Notes: generated from the letters alone by a model not told the origin. 63,465 bases of DNA, filler included, from Sphacelaria rigidula (GCA_964200075.2; 9 parts of 9 records of this genome joined end to end with filler, not necessarily neighbours in it); one strand, 5' to 3'; positions 37,941 to 51,268 are shown, counted from the whole stretch's first letter. Made by a program: numbers and translations.

Positions 37941-40757
37941 GCGCACGAAAGGATCGGCGGCTCCAGGGGCTAATGAAGTGAGTTCTCGGACAGTCGAACC
38001 TAGGTCACGCTCTTGCCTCACCACCTGGGCCGCTGTCACTTGGGGGTTCCATTCCAACCCGCTGAGCGACAGAAAGCATGGGTTATTTGCGGTTGCGACC
38101 CTTCAAGGAATAATTACGCTCATAAAAAAAAAGAGAACCGGGTACCGTAGTTTTTGCGGAACGGGTAGAGTGGTTGGCCGGGCACTCAAGCAGATGGGGA
38201 GTGCTTGAGTGTGTGGCTTGGAATTCGGTATCCTCGGATGAACGGTTGAAGGGGAAGCGTCGAAAGTACCAGAAGATATTCCGGCTCCGGGTGCGTTATA
38301 AACTGAACTAAATGGCTTCCTCTCCCCAGAAGAAAAGGGGTTCGATTGAATATGGTCAGTGCCTGGTGGATGCAAAACTGAGTGATCAAATCCAGGATTA
38401 AAACGTTGGGTTTGGTCACTGCGATTGATAGTCATGCAATAGTTCATGGTCCTCGACTGTCTTGGCACCCATTGAGACAGTTTTAGCATACCCAGGGAAC
38501 CCACACCACATGATTAGTTCTGGGTTACCCCACTGTATGTTGTTTGGAATCTCCGGAACTTGCAGAACATTCCCAAAACGTTGTCAAGTTGTGAGGTGAG
38601 CATCAGTTTTGTGTGGGTACCGCCCTGGCGGGGTTCATGTGTAAACGTGTACCGTTGTGTCAGTGGGCCGGTGAATGTGGTTGAAAGTGTGCCAGGTCAG
38701 GTGGTTCAGGCGTTGGACAACGTTAGCGATTATCTGTACCGTCGAATCGGTTGTCGCGGTTGGGGCGGTGCAGGCGACCGTACGAACACAATTGTGACTG
38801 CTAGGCTTGCCAATATAGTGTAAAATGGTGCGAAACGTCGGGGTGTCTTTTTCTCATCAGCTTACATTACTCCTCCGCAATTTTCAGAGCCTTCGTGGAT
38901 TCGCGTATCGCGCGTTCTAGGTAGCACTGTTCCGTTGGATTTTCCTCGGTGTGGGCACCTACATTACGGGGGGCATGCGTGAGCTCGTGGTCACCTGGAA
39001 AACACTCTCGTTGGCCCGCCTCGAGGCGGGAAAATTCCAACGCTGTCAACGCTCGGTAAGTCTGTGCTACACTGTTGTTTCGAATCTGGTTCCAGCACTC
39101 GGTTTGTTCCGTCACCGAAATATTGTACCAATGCCACGGGGGAATGAAGGCTGGGCGAGGCTGCTTCAGTTGGGGTTATGCTTCGTCACGCGTGGGCGGA
39201 GATTGTTTCGACTTGGGCTGGCCATCAACAGCCAGGGTGGGGCGGTTGCAGGGTTCAGCACCGGTTTGAGTGCGGGGGTCATCGTCAGGAAAGGTTTCTG
39301 TAGCGTTAGGGCTCACGTGGAGGGAACCTATCTGAGAATGAAAAGTGGGAGTACCGTCTGCGTTTTGAGTGGCTGGTTGATGTACAGGGGAGTGTGCACC
39401 ATGGGGGATGGGGTGAGCATGTGGAGGAGGACTGTAGTTTCATCCAAACCCACGTCCCTGAAAATACGTCCTGCAACAACGTTATCATCGGCATCAAAAC
39501 GTTCCGGTTCGTTGTTGCCAATCGTCTCACTACGCATGGTTGTACGGCTGTTTCACTACTGTCTGAACGAAGCGCATCATCCTTGAAGTCATCGTGCTCA
39601 GAACACGTCGAAGGGCGGTTGACATCAGACATGGCTTGTGACCTGCGCAATTGCGCAAGACCGATGACGTAGAAATGCGAAGGTTGAAAAGTGAACGTTT
39701 TGTCGTGGGAGTCGGCAAATATAGAGTTGGGGGACTGAGGCGTGGACAAAAATATAGGGAATAAGGTGGCCGAGTACTGTCGACAGTGTTTGATCGACAT
39801 GTAGCTCCGCGCACTCCGCACATGCATGCGGCCTACCACCTTTTCAATCAGATGGAGACGAAGGAAGGGAAACAGAATGTAGAAGGCACACAACAAACAG
39901 TATTTTGTGTGTGTTGGTGAATAAATTGTCAAAACAAAGGGAAACGAAGAAAACGACGGTTGTCACAATCAACAGACATACAGTGACTGTCACCAGCGCA
40001 ACAGCGCATTTGACAAACCTGCACGCCATGAAATGAGACGTGTGGAGCGCAGCGGACAGCAACGTCAGACTACCCATGATTTGAGAACATGTTGAGGTTA
40101 TTAAAAAAGAAAACTGTTGGGTGCCGTATTTGCAGATGCAGTACCAGCGCAGCTGGCGATACTCATTACAGTACCGCATAGTTCGATGAAAATAGCCAAA
40201 TTAGGGTTTCGGTGACGTATATCGTATAGGTGGACAATAAATACATGTACAAGACACAACCGTAAATAGATCTCTAGTGCAGTGCAGGCAGCAGTATGTG
40301 TACATCGCACCAACCAGCAAAGTGATGCGTGTCACAATACAGATAGCGAAAGATGTTAAGAAACTCTCATTTGGAGCAAGGCTCGGGTTCTTATATTTTC
40401 TCCGATTACTGCAGAAATGCTCAAATCCAAACTCTTATCGTTCGAGGAGGTGCAGCACGCCAGATGCTTCAATTTGAATTCCTTATTTCACACAGGCATC
40501 CAATACGGCTTTTTTCCCCCTGAGCGCTTGTCAAGAATCATGTTTGGCACATTGCATCCATCACGCATACGTACTGTGTTTCACCAGATTTTCATTATAT
40601 GACGAGGCTCTTTAGGACTGCAGGGAGGAAATTTCACGTTGCCCACCTTCGACGACTACAAAACTCACTGTAGCACTGTTGTACTACTGTAGCCAGAAGA
40701 GCCACTCAATCGCCATGGTCTATATTACGCAAGTTGGGCGTCCATACTCTCCCCCTG

Positions 40758-42278
40758 CTACTGACTGCCGTTTTTCGGGCCTGTTCCTGGCTCTCCGCGC
40801 AGGCGGTTCTGCCCGCCCATTCCGACCGTAGTCTCCCTCTGCTGCTTGTTTGTAGGATCTAGTAAGACCCACGAACACACCGGCGCGCTTGCCTCCGTGT
40901 TGTATGCAGCAAACAGTTGCTTCATGCTACGCACGCTCTGATCTTCCTCAAGACGCAAACGATAGTCGTACAATTCTTTGGTGCCCTCCTGACTCTTACG
41001 AGTGATCAGGCCACCAAACCACCCCATGCTCAATCTCAACAACACTCCACGTTTCCCTACGGAACTACCTAGAGCAGGTGGTCTCGACTGTTGAAGGCCA
41101 AACCTGTCCGGGACCACCATCCCGACAGGCGCATCGTCCGGTGACATGTCGTCTTCATCGTCCGGCAGAGTCAGCGGGTCTTTTCCCTTGTCAGAGACAC
41201 CCGAAAACCGTACAAGGGGTAGCATTGACGCAAATAAACATGAAACGGGAACGCATTCCTCGTGGGGGTTCACGACCAGAATACTATGCTGTAAGTCATA
41301 CTGTAAGCCACGAAACTTCGTGTCAGGTCTGCACGAAACGAAACACTTGTAGTGCTGTATCTACCGACCTACACAGTAAGCCACCCATAAGCCCTGAAGC
41401 AAACGACTCTTTTTGAAGAAACAACACGAACAAAATCTTGTTCTTTGCCACCTTGTTCCCAGCTGTCCTCGTCTTCCTCCTCGCTGACGTCGTCCTTGCC
41501 CTCACTGTCCTCGCCCTTACTCTCCTCGCCCTCACTGTCCTCGCCCTCACTGTCCTCGTCCTCACTGTCCTCGACCTCATTGTCCCCGTCCCCGCTACCC
41601 TGGTCCTTGTCCCGTCCTCCTTGCTCCCTCACCACACCTCCTGCTCCACCCATTTCTTCTCCACTCCCACCACCAGCCCCTCCCTCCTCCCTTAGAATAT
41701 CTTCATCACTTTTCCTTTCCCCGCTGCCCTCCCCGACCTCGTCCACCCCATCGTCGCTCCCATCGTCCATGAACGCCAAAGGCTCCGTCAAACCCTCCAG
41801 TTGGATTCAATCGTCACCAATTCCGCCCGTCGTCATCAGGGCCCCTGCCTTCTCGAACAGCCGGAATCTGTAGCCGGGCTGGTTGTCGACGACATCCACA
41901 GCTTCTGCGACCCACCTGGTCAGCAGGACGCGTCGATCAGATGCAGTCAGCGAGACACTCTCACACCGTTCCAGATTGTCCCCGTCTTCAAGCCATAAGT
42001 CGAGTTGCTTCCTAACCTTGTGCTTGATGAGTACACCAAGGCCTGCATCGATGGGCTGCAGTGCGTCTGTGCACCCTCCGAGGTCAAACCACACCAGCGA
42101 GTTGCACTCCTTTTCCCTATATACCTTAAACGCGTCCGTTGTCTGTCCCAACAAGTTATCGAGAGTCAGTAGGGATTCCCTTGAGGGCACCCCATCTTGC
42201 TCACGCAAAAATGATTGCGCATCGCATAAGCTTCCACTGTTAGGACATATCGTCACGACTCAAAACCACCAAATTCAC
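40758..42278 (-). mobile_element. pogo/Tc1-mariner-type DDE transposase remnant with acidic tract and C-terminal extension
   Basis: LLTLDNLLGQTT...GGCTDALQPIDAG resembles the DDE_1 motifs (D..., T..LQP.D). Stop at ~41807, then a D/E-rich tract (41460-41790). The 5' end is cut by the linker. Confidence 0.75.
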
Positions 42279-43685
42279 NNNNNNNNNNNNNNNNNNNNNN
42301 NNNNNNNNNNNNNNNNNNNNNNTTAATTAATTAANNNNNNNNNNNNNNNNNNNNNNNNNNNNNNNNNNNNNNNNNNNNACCAGAGAGAGAAGCAACGACA
42401 GAGAGAAAGCTCCTCGCCCGTGTCCTTTGTGTGTCCTCGCTCGGCGATTGCCAATCGCTCGAGAGACTGACATCATGGATGTTACCAGCATGTACCTAAT
42501 TTCTCATGTGCCGGTAGTCATGTTATCATGTTGCTGCGCACAGCCCCCCGAATAACATCGAGGTGCGGAGAGATTTCGCCTCTTCGTGTCTGTGGAGCTC
42601 ACCAATGCGAAGATCGATTTCTCTCTGCCTCTCTTTTTGGACAAGACGCGCCTCTGTGCGCTGAAAAACTTGTCGTTGAAAAATAGGGCAATGTTCCCGT
42701 CACCGCTACTACTGTTCTCTGTCATACACACATGCCAGCAAGGACGTTGCGCTGCGGCAATAATAACAGATCCAATTTGAACTTGGGGGTGTTATTCATC
42801 TTTGATTTTAGACGACATGCCATATGTGACCATTTAGGTGCCCGACCACAAGAGCCTGCCACAGGCCAGTTGGGGTGTGTGTGAGAGAGAGATCAAACAC
42901 TTGTGGAGACCTTCTTGACATGGGGAGTGAAAAAAGATATCTATGATGGTGACCTAACTGTTGCTAGCGTGGTGCAGAGGGGTGCGTCAACGCTGCAATC
43001 TAGAACTTTCGTTGCTCTACCCTACTGACTCCCGTCTGCAGAGGTCACCCACCTTAACAACATGTTGTTATGTATCTAATTTTGGAACATATGTAGAAAC
43101 AAAACACTTCGATTTTCTAAACTAAGTCCACATAATTAAAATAACTCTTGTTACCTGAGGCAAAGTGGTCGCTTTGGGTCCGGCCAAACATTCGAAGATA
43201 CTGTCGGACACTACCAAGCTTTGCTGGCATTGACATACGCCAATTAGTACATAACCGAACAGAAATCTACAGCTTAACGTTCTTACTAGAAAGCAATGGG
43301 CATAAAACGGTTTGCAGGTGGGGAAACGAGGATTGGCATAGAGGAGAGACTCTCTGTTCCCCCGTGGGTGTTACATGGACTCGCAAAAACTCTGTCGTCA
43401 TTCTCTCATACCTGGCGGGGGGACGGGAAAGCCACAGTCCCCTTGCACCTGAACTTTCGATGTTTTGATTTGCTACAGTTTTTCTTGCCTTGGTTTACTT
43501 GTTCGGTCGGGATTCGTCCCGTTGCAGTCCGCCGAACGAGCATTGTATCATAATACCCGCCTGGCGTGGGATATGCCCGGAAGGTCCGAGGGATCACGCT
43601 TGGGGCACCAGCAATGATAAAAAAAGAATATGAACATTCTTATGATACACGTCATTGTCGTTATTGATCGCACCCAGTGATGTTA

Positions 43686-43907
43686 CGGTAGGGGTGCACT
43701 TTTTGAGCGAAAATGTTTCTCGGGGTGTTGCACGGATCATTTTGAGAATCGGCATCATTTTCAAGACTGAAAATGATGCCGATTCATGAAAAGGCCCCTG
43801 TGTGCACCTCCATGTCCTGTCCCCGGAGATTGGGTTGCACAGTAAGCCCCATATATTTGGGCTCCTACAAAAACGAGACCCAGAAACAAAAAGTGCAACC
43901 CCTATCG
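43686..43907. mobile_element. Tc1/mariner-type MITE (222 bp)
   Basis: TIRs CGGTAGGGGTGCACTTTTTG / CAAAAAGTGCAACCCCTATCG with TA flanks. Internal perfect hairpin GAATCGGCATCATTTTCA-AGAC-TGAAAATGATGCCGATTC. Confidence 0.75.
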
Positions 43908-45539
43908 TAGCTTTGCTCCACCGCTACTGCTGTCTGCACGTCTGCACTTCACCACATATGCAAAAAATATAACCTCGGAGCAGGTGTGTTTGGTGGAGTC
44001 ACCAATACAATTGCTAGTGTGGCACAGGTGCCAACCAATGGCATGTACTGATGTGACACGGCGATAGGTACACGCAGAGGCGAGAGTATTACTGGAAAAC
44101 GCGTCATACCTTATATATGCGGGGATATATGACTATATACGCAATACATCACATTGCTATGTTCCACATGGACTAAATATCAGGTTATTTTATCATCATA
44201 TAGGTCAGATGCCAGCTGATACACGTCAAGTAAGCCAGAAATCACGTGGTTCAGTATATATGAAGAATTATTCGAACTCACGAGCATGAAGTATATTCTA
44301 TAACGAGACGTCCACGAGATTCAATGCTGATTTTAGTGTGCAAGTTCCTCCGCACCCGCACCGGGAGATGACTGCTTGGGCCAATGCCAATGCTAGGGGC
44401 CCGGTAAGCGGATTCGTGCTTTACTTCGTGCGGAGGTACACATGCGTTCGCGACAGTTCGAACGGACGCGCGATCGCGGTGGTCTTGCAATGTTTGTGAC
44501 GGGCATGAACATTTCGAGAGAGGATCTATTCTCACGAGGGCTTGGCAAGGCAAGAATACCGAGACCCTCGAAAAAGATGGACGGCTTGTGTAGTATATAG
44601 TATATATACTACATATGCCACTCTATATCATATACCGCAAACATTTCATTTTCATAGCGATATATGGGAAAATGTGGAGTATAGACTCTATGAACTCAAC
44701 AACAAATATATCAACTTTTATGACGTATCACCCTTTTCTGCAGGGGTATATGAAGATACACTATATCTCGAAAAGTTTATATGATAGCAGGCTCTAATCA
44801 GAAGACGCACGATAAATTCATGCCGCCGCTCTGCAGAGAACAGCCTTCCTCTCGGGGCAGGGCTTGCACACCTGCAGCGTGTTTTGATTTTGCATGCATG
44901 TCCCATCATCTCAACTGCGCTTTTTTTTTTCCCGTCTGTGCACTGCTGCTGCAGCAGCTGCTACTAATTTTGCGGCACATGCAAGTTTTGTTCATCATGG
45001 CCGGATCAAACGTTCATTTATTTTCGAATTTCAATCGGCATCATCTCAACGGGTGCTGACCCTTTGTGTGAGTGTGCCTCGCACAAACCATCTTCGTTCA
45101 TTAGAGCTCGGGAATGGTGCCAGTTATAACTGGCCATTATCATTATGATGGTGATAATGGTAAGGCTTGAACAAAAGAAATAGATAATGGTTCCAAACCA
45201 GTGTTTACCGTTACTGGCTTTTATAAGCCGTTACCGGCTACGTATGCTACATACAGCCCTTGAAAATTGGCCCAAATTTAACGTATTTTTAGCTCTAGTG
45301 AAGCCAAATCGCGTAACGAAGTGCCCCCGGCACGGGGCCTCCAGCGGGCCCCCCTCTGCGGGGGGGGGCTTTTTGGCTCGCGGCTGCACCGCTCGATGAT
45401 CAACCCATTCGTACCATTTAACTGGTCGATGAGTGCGCTACGCGTAGGCATTCAAATGGTTAATGGTTGGACAAACCATTTCCGAGGTAGATCATTCATC
45501 GAATCTGAACAAACGTCTTAGTCTACCATGTCGTTCTGT

Positions 45540-45668
45540 TCGACTTTTTTTCTGTTCCTTCTTGAGCGAGTGTTTCGGTTTTGCTTTTCTTGGGTACGTC
45601 TATCATGCGACCACGGCTGGACCCATGGGTGGTCACTTAAAGTGCGGCGATCAATCAAAACCAATCAG
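45540..45668 (+). repeat. Dispersed retro-element 3' end terminating in (TCAA)n; related copies at ~22125-22235, ~53180-53360, ~27985-28040(-), ~59470-59600(-) and ~61640-61750(-)
   Basis: Shared GCGAGTGTTT...GGGTACGTCT...GACCACGGCTGGA...GTGCGACAATCAATCAATC motif. Confidence 0.6.
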
Positions 45669-45919
45669 ATTTGTGCGAGTTCACACACTACGTACTCAGC
45701 TGATGAGCAGCCACGGTTTTTCCTTCAAACTATGCCACGTACAATGACGCATCACAGGTGCTCGTGCATCTTGCCTGTCGAGCCATTGAGCGTGGCGGCG
45801 AAAGCCACCGAAACGCTCTTGTGTGTGTTTATATATATACGAAGTATTGACGCGACTACCATACTTTACAACTCACTACGCACACCAGGGTTTACTGCCA
45901 TTGTTTCATCACACTGATG

Positions 45920-46177
45920 CTATAACGCGCACTCGTGATCTTCAACTACGTACGACATTCCTTCCCGTGGGACAGAAATGTCGGCAACAACGGCCCCCAA
46001 CCTATCTACCAGATCGCTCGTACTGACACCAAGCTTGAGCAGAGGATGTCCCCCTCCCATCCAAACAAATGCCGGTCTGAGATCGATCACTGTGTCCGAC
46101 AGTATGATGGGCATTGGTACTAGCCCGCCGAACACAGAAACGCCGTTGTGTGGAAACCCCGATAGCGACAACCCCAC
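45920..46177 (-). CDS. YbaK/aminoacyl-tRNA deacylase-domain protein, terminal exon
   Basis: cag|GTG GGG...stop. Encodes VGLSLSGFPHNGVSVFGG...FVWMGGGHPLLKLGVS, resembling the GF.HN.V and W.GGG..LKLG motifs. Confidence 0.85.
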   Translation of the reverse strand: MGLSLSGFPHNGVSVFGGLVPMPIILSDTVIDLRPAFVWMGGGHPLLKLGVSTSDLVDRLGAVVADISVPREGMSYVVEDHECAL

Positions 46178-46398
46178 CTGTGGGCGTGGAATGCATGAGC
46201 GGAGCAGGCGTGGTAAAGCTTCGCGTGTGAGACGTTCTACTAGCCCGTGTCAATTGTAACTCAAAATTAGTATCGCGAAGATCGGGATATAGCAGCAATA
46301 TGCCAATGGCCTCCGGATCGTTTTTATCGGAGAATTTCGTTATGACAGGTTCTACAGCAAACCAAGTCTCAGCACATCCAACGGAAATGTGTTCTCAC

Positions 46399-46605
46399 CT
46401 CTTCGGGGGCTACCTGCAGGTTGCACCGGGCTCGGGAAAGCTTTTCTCCGCGCCCAGATCCATGTCCCCCGTCACTGTCGCCGCTCTTGAGCCTCATGAT
46501 GGCGGTGGAAAGCTTTTGAGGGCTGAGTTTGGCCGTGTATTGTACGACGATCATGTAAAATCGGTTGCTCGTGGGATCGGATACGCTCACGTGTTCAGGA
46601 CTTGT
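46399..46605 (-). CDS. YbaK-domain protein exon
   Basis: cag|ACA...GAG|gtgag, 207 nt. Encodes SDPTSNRFYMIVVQYTAKL...CNLQVAPEE. Confidence 0.85.
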
Positions 46606-47079
46606 CTGAGGGTGAGACAGTAAAAATTACCGGAGTAGCAGCGAGCAGCAGCAGCAGTAGCAGCAGCAGCGACAAAAAACAGCTGAAAGAAGCAGTAATC
46701 GAAAAACAAGCAGCCGCAGTTGGCGCAGCACAGGAAGGGAAGGAAGTGACAGGACGGGGGCTAATTCAAGCACGTGTGAAAGGAAATAATCACACGACTC
46801 TGACCATCCCCTCTCACACACTCGTAACACCCCACGTTGTCATCATCAAATGTGTGAATGATGATTGCTCTCTCACTTTACTGCACACAGTATGCTACGC
46901 ACCTTCCTGCAATACGCATCCCCAGTGAGGCCGGGCGCTTGGGGGGGGTGCGGTCACTAACATGTACAGAGCTTGCGATTACCATCCGCAGTGACGGCAT
47001 GCACAAGTGCAATAAATGGTTTGTCTTGTCTAGCGGACGGTCAGGGACCAGCATTCGCTCCGAGAAACACAAAACCGAC

Positions 47080-47193
47080 CTCTACGAAAGCCTTGTTTTC
47101 CATTATCATGGTCTTGCACAGCTGCTCCTTCGAGCAACCAAGCTCTGCCGCTCGTTCCTCGAGGGGCATGTCGTAGTAGTTGGTCGGCATCCA
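47080..47193 (-). CDS. YbaK-domain protein exon
   Basis: aag|TGG...GAG|gtcgg, 114 nt. Encodes WMPTNYYDMPLEERAAELGCSKEQLCKTMIMENKAFVE (YY..PLE.R...L......LCK motif). Confidence 0.85.
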
Positions 47194-47876
47194 CTTGAGA
47201 AAAGTGGCACGATAACACAGCGAGACAAAAAGCGCGTCAGGAAACTCGCCGCTGCATCAAGGTCTCAGTGGTGCCACAGGAGGGGTGTACAAAACATTTA
47301 TCGGGTTTAAATTGTTAAAAGCCCTTCATCTCATCCAAAAAATGACTTTTGACACATGCGAGAGGACGCCGCGATTAGCACTCCAATGAGCTAGGGGTAT
47401 CTTGAAGAAGGAGTTTAACTCGGAGATGTCCTGAGCCAAGCTCTTGTGTAGCTCCATTTTTCAAGACCCCCTCAATGAGAAAAATCTTGGCCCAGATGTG
47501 CAACCAGGACCGTGGCATAACTCGCCTTATTGAAAAAATAGCGGTTATTCTCACAGTGGACCCGTTGTCCTCCTCTCGGCTGTTCATGTACTGTATACAT
47601 CTACCTCACCGCGCAGTACAGCATGAAGCCACGAATAAGAACTAAACCACGAGTAAGAAAAAACTAGACGTCAATCTTCGGAGATTCCTACGATACTACG
47701 AAACCCTCTTCATTTCTTCGCCAGATACTGCATACACGAAAAACTACCGCGTGCGTACGTGACAAGAAACGAAATATACTTCCGGCGAGAGTATAAAGTG
47801 AGACTCCGAGCCTCAGTGTTCATCATAAGTTCGTACTCGTAGGATCGTCGTACTGCAGGATACTGTCCACTCTGAC

Positions 47877-48002
47877 CTTAAACCTGACGCTGTGCGCCTG
47901 CAGTCGATTGCAGTGCTCTTTTACGCGCTCGATTGGATCGCTGAGGTCGGGTGCATCTCCGCGCAGCCGCCGCTCGACAGCCGCGGCTCGTTCTTCGAGT
48001 AG
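47877..48002 (-). CDS. YbaK-domain protein exon (N-terminal)
   Basis: tag|CTA...AAG|gtcag, 126 nt. Encodes LLEERAAAVERRLRGDAPDLSDPIERVKEHCNRLQAHSVRFK, in frame with the next exon. Confidence 0.75.
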
Positions 48003-48162
48003 CTACTTCACACTCGAACGGAGCAACGAAGCGAAAAACAGTATGACAACGTGAGAATAAAACACGGTCGTGTGGATATCGTGCGCTCAACTCCGAATAC
48101 AGCGAAGAATATGGAGCGGGCCCTTCGTTCATGATGCTTGCTCAGTGCGCGACGGAACATAC

Positions 48163-48201
48163 GTGGACGCGGGTCATCACCCACCGTGTCGAACGGGACA
48201 T
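48163..48201 (-). CDS. Candidate first coding exon of the YbaK gene
   Basis: ATG TCC...CAC|gtatgt, phase 0. Encodes MSRSTRWVMTRVH; other starts are possible. Confidence 0.35.
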
Positions 48202-50498
48202 ACCGGAGGTGAGGCATACACGCGGTCAAGCACTATAAGACAACATTCAGGCTACCCGCCATAAAGTTGTATACAAAAAGTGGACCAAATGGTGTGTGGG
48301 ACGGCTCTTAACGAGAAACAAAGTACCACTTTGAGAAGGTACCTCGGGCTTAATGAAACATACCCGCGTGGGATGTGACCCTATATTTCATGCGATATGA
48401 TGCCTTCCTCAGGTGTCGCCTCGTTGCATTCACAGACAGTACAGTTGAGGTGGCGAATATATATATATACATATATATGCGTTCCGCCTCTTGAAGCGCG
48501 GCCTCAATGGTGCCCCGACGAGTTGATCGCAAAAAAACAGAGTAACCAACCAGAATGCCAGTAGCTTCTCCGCCATTTGAGCTTCTAATTCGTGAGGCCT
48601 ATCACACTCAATCACCTTTGCGTCACTCTGCGTGCTGTTGCTGTTGTTCTTCTTTGCTTCATCACAGATTTGCTTTGGGAATTGTGTCTGCTGCAAGCCA
48701 AACCGATGACCATAGCGGCGGGAATTACTCAGATTCTGACTTGGTTATAAGTGTGTGCTTGGATATATGACCCGCTCACTCACAATTTGTCCACCTCTCT
48801 TCCTCCGCAAGTTCCAGCGAATAGTTGCCATGGATTGCGCACGCAAATCTATGATCATATCACCGGACAACTAATGCGATCCTTGCGATTTGGTCAGATA
48901 CAGCTGGGGTGCTCAGCACGTTCAACACTGTCAATGAGAATCTACGCTCGTCTCACCCTGTCGGATCCCATGCACGCACTGGATTCGTTCATCGCACGGA
49001 ATGCAGTTGTCATACTATCTATAACGCGCACTCCAAACTCTATCCCCCGTGCATTGTGGTTTGGGGCAATTTGATCGTGTCTGTGTGTGTGTGCACCATT
49101 GGTCGCAGATCAATCAATCGGTCACGTGAAACATAGGGATCACATACGGCACGCTAACGCTTCGACAGCAATGGGCCTCGAGAACAGCATGACCACTCCG
49201 GAGCGGTTTGGTTTGCTGTGTGCATCAACACCTCTCGTGTTACACTGCAGAGTCATGCCGTGCTAGCCCCTCCCCCCCCCCCCCGCCCCCCCCACAACAC
49301 GAGCGCACCACCGCACCCAACCCCTGCCACGGCCAACGCCANNNNNNNNNNNNNNNNNNNNNNNNNNNNNNNNNNNNNNNNNNNNTTAATTAATTAANNN
49401 NNNNNNNNNNNNNNNNNNNNNNNNNNNNNNNNNNNNNNNNNAATGATCGCATAACTACGGCATGCAAGATCATGAGTACCCCCCCCCCCCCTCCGAGGTG
49501 CTCCATCTCGAAAGGGATGCGTGGTCAATGGTCAAACGACTAAGGCAAGCAACAAATGCGTACGCCCCCCCCCCTCCGAGGTGCTTGTACAGCTAGTTGA
49601 GTGGGTCGTGCTCTTCGGCATTGGACATAAAAATGGTTGACAGAGCGTTCTCGGAAATTCATGATTTTGAACTCAACACTCGACCCTCGCGATTCTCCAT
49701 AAAATATTTTCAAGTGGAAATCTAAAATTGAGGTGAATATCTCTGCCTGCCACCTGCAGATCCATTTCTAGGCCCGCCCAAGACGCATACGAGAAGGTAA
49801 ACTGTGCGTTGGCAGACCTCAAATCGGCGCCGCCGCAGGCGCCGATTCCGACAAAAACACATTCTTCGAGAGCTAGGAGTACTTGGGATTGTCAGCCCCT
49901 CTGAAGATCTCATCATGGGTGTGCACCATCAAGTCAACTCATCAACCATTTTTACGACCGGGGCGTAAACTCTGCTGGTTGCGTGATACACAACACATTT
50001 CATCCACGGTAAACCTTCTTGTGTAAGCGGACGGACTGCTGTGGCTTTACACTTCACTCAATCTTTTCGTCGCCTGAAAAAACAAAAATGGCGGACGTGA
50101 AAAAAAAAATTAAAACGCTTTTTTTTTTTTCAGAAGAAGACATTTCGTTACGAGTACGGGTACGAGTACGAGTACGAGTACGGTATGCCGAACATATTGC
50201 TTTGTCCTTCAACCTTTTTCATCTTCCCTTCCAGGTGCGGGTCTGAGTAAAACAAAGGAAGATTTGTCAAGAGGAAAGTGAGAAACAAAAGAAAATCAAC
50301 AACAAAATGAAACGAAACGGAACGCAATGAACCACCACATCACCGTTGAAGGCTCCGTCGAAAGTCAAATCATGCTCTTTCGAACTGCAAAACATCACAT
50401 CACGCGGGACAGGCGGTGTGCGGAGGCAAAGGACCAATATTACCCCAAGAAACCGGAACAGTTAACCCGTCTACCCCTCGAGCGCCAGACCGCTCCTC

Positions 50499-50829
50499 GG
50501 AACAATATCACCGACTGTATTTATTGTTCTGAAAATTGACACGCCCACCCCTCGGGTGCCAGATCGCCTATTGGAACAACACCACCGACTGACCTTATAG
50601 TTTCAAAAACTAACCCATCCGCCTCGAATGCACCAGACGTATTTTCGGAACAATATCACCAACTGACCTCATTGTTCCGAAAATTGACCCGCGCACTCAG
50701 CGGGTCACATACCGCTTTTTGGAACATCACCGACTGAATTTATTGTTCCGAAAATTAACACGTTCACCTCTTGGGTCATCCCTTCCCGGAACACTTATCG
50801 CCGACTGATATCATTGTTCCGAAAATTAC
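50499..50829. repeat. 74-bp tandem repeat with palindromic core
   Basis: Units start at 50499, 50573, 50647, 50721 and 50788. Core CGGAACAAT-ATCACCGACTGANNTY-ATTGTTCCG. Confidence 0.8.
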
Positions 50830-51175
50830 TTGTAAGCCCGACGGTACAGTCAGCAGTTTCTTCTTTGATTGCGAGGACCACCCCCCACACATGACAACAT
50901 GCCGTGTACTCCGAGGTTCCCAGCTCCTGATGCATGTAATAATCAATCAACCAAAAAGGTTGTTTCTTACCTTCCACATGTTTTTGTGTGCTCACCGGGA
51001 CCAACTTTCTGGTTGGTGACTTGGTTTTCATCCATATTTGGTCCGGCGGTCAATGTCGATTCCTAAGCGCCTCGCAGTCGAAGGGAAGTAACTTACTTTT
51101 TTTCTCAAAATATTACAAGGGAAATTCAGTTTTGACAACAACAAAAACAAAAAATACAACAACGAAAACGGGCAC

Positions 51176-51268
51176 CTGCTTGGCAATCTCATCTTTAATG
51201 GACTTTTGTTCCGCTTCGGCCACTCGCAGGTTAGCGTTGCGCTCCTCCTTCTCCTTCTGCTTCATATC
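51176..51268 (-). CDS. HMG-box protein (probably ISWI-like remodeler), exon 4
   Basis: cag|GAT...CAG|gtgcc, 93 nt. Encodes DMKQKEKEERNANLRVAEAEQKSIKDEIAKQ. Confidence 0.75.

Noticed and set aside
46602..46928. Plus-strand Ser/Ala-rich ORF
   Set aside because: It lies in an intron of the minus-strand YbaK gene and is explained by (AGC)n simple repeats.
50499..50829. CRISPR array
   Set aside because: The context is eukaryotic, there are no cas genes, the repeats are degenerate and the 'spacers' are mutually homologous.
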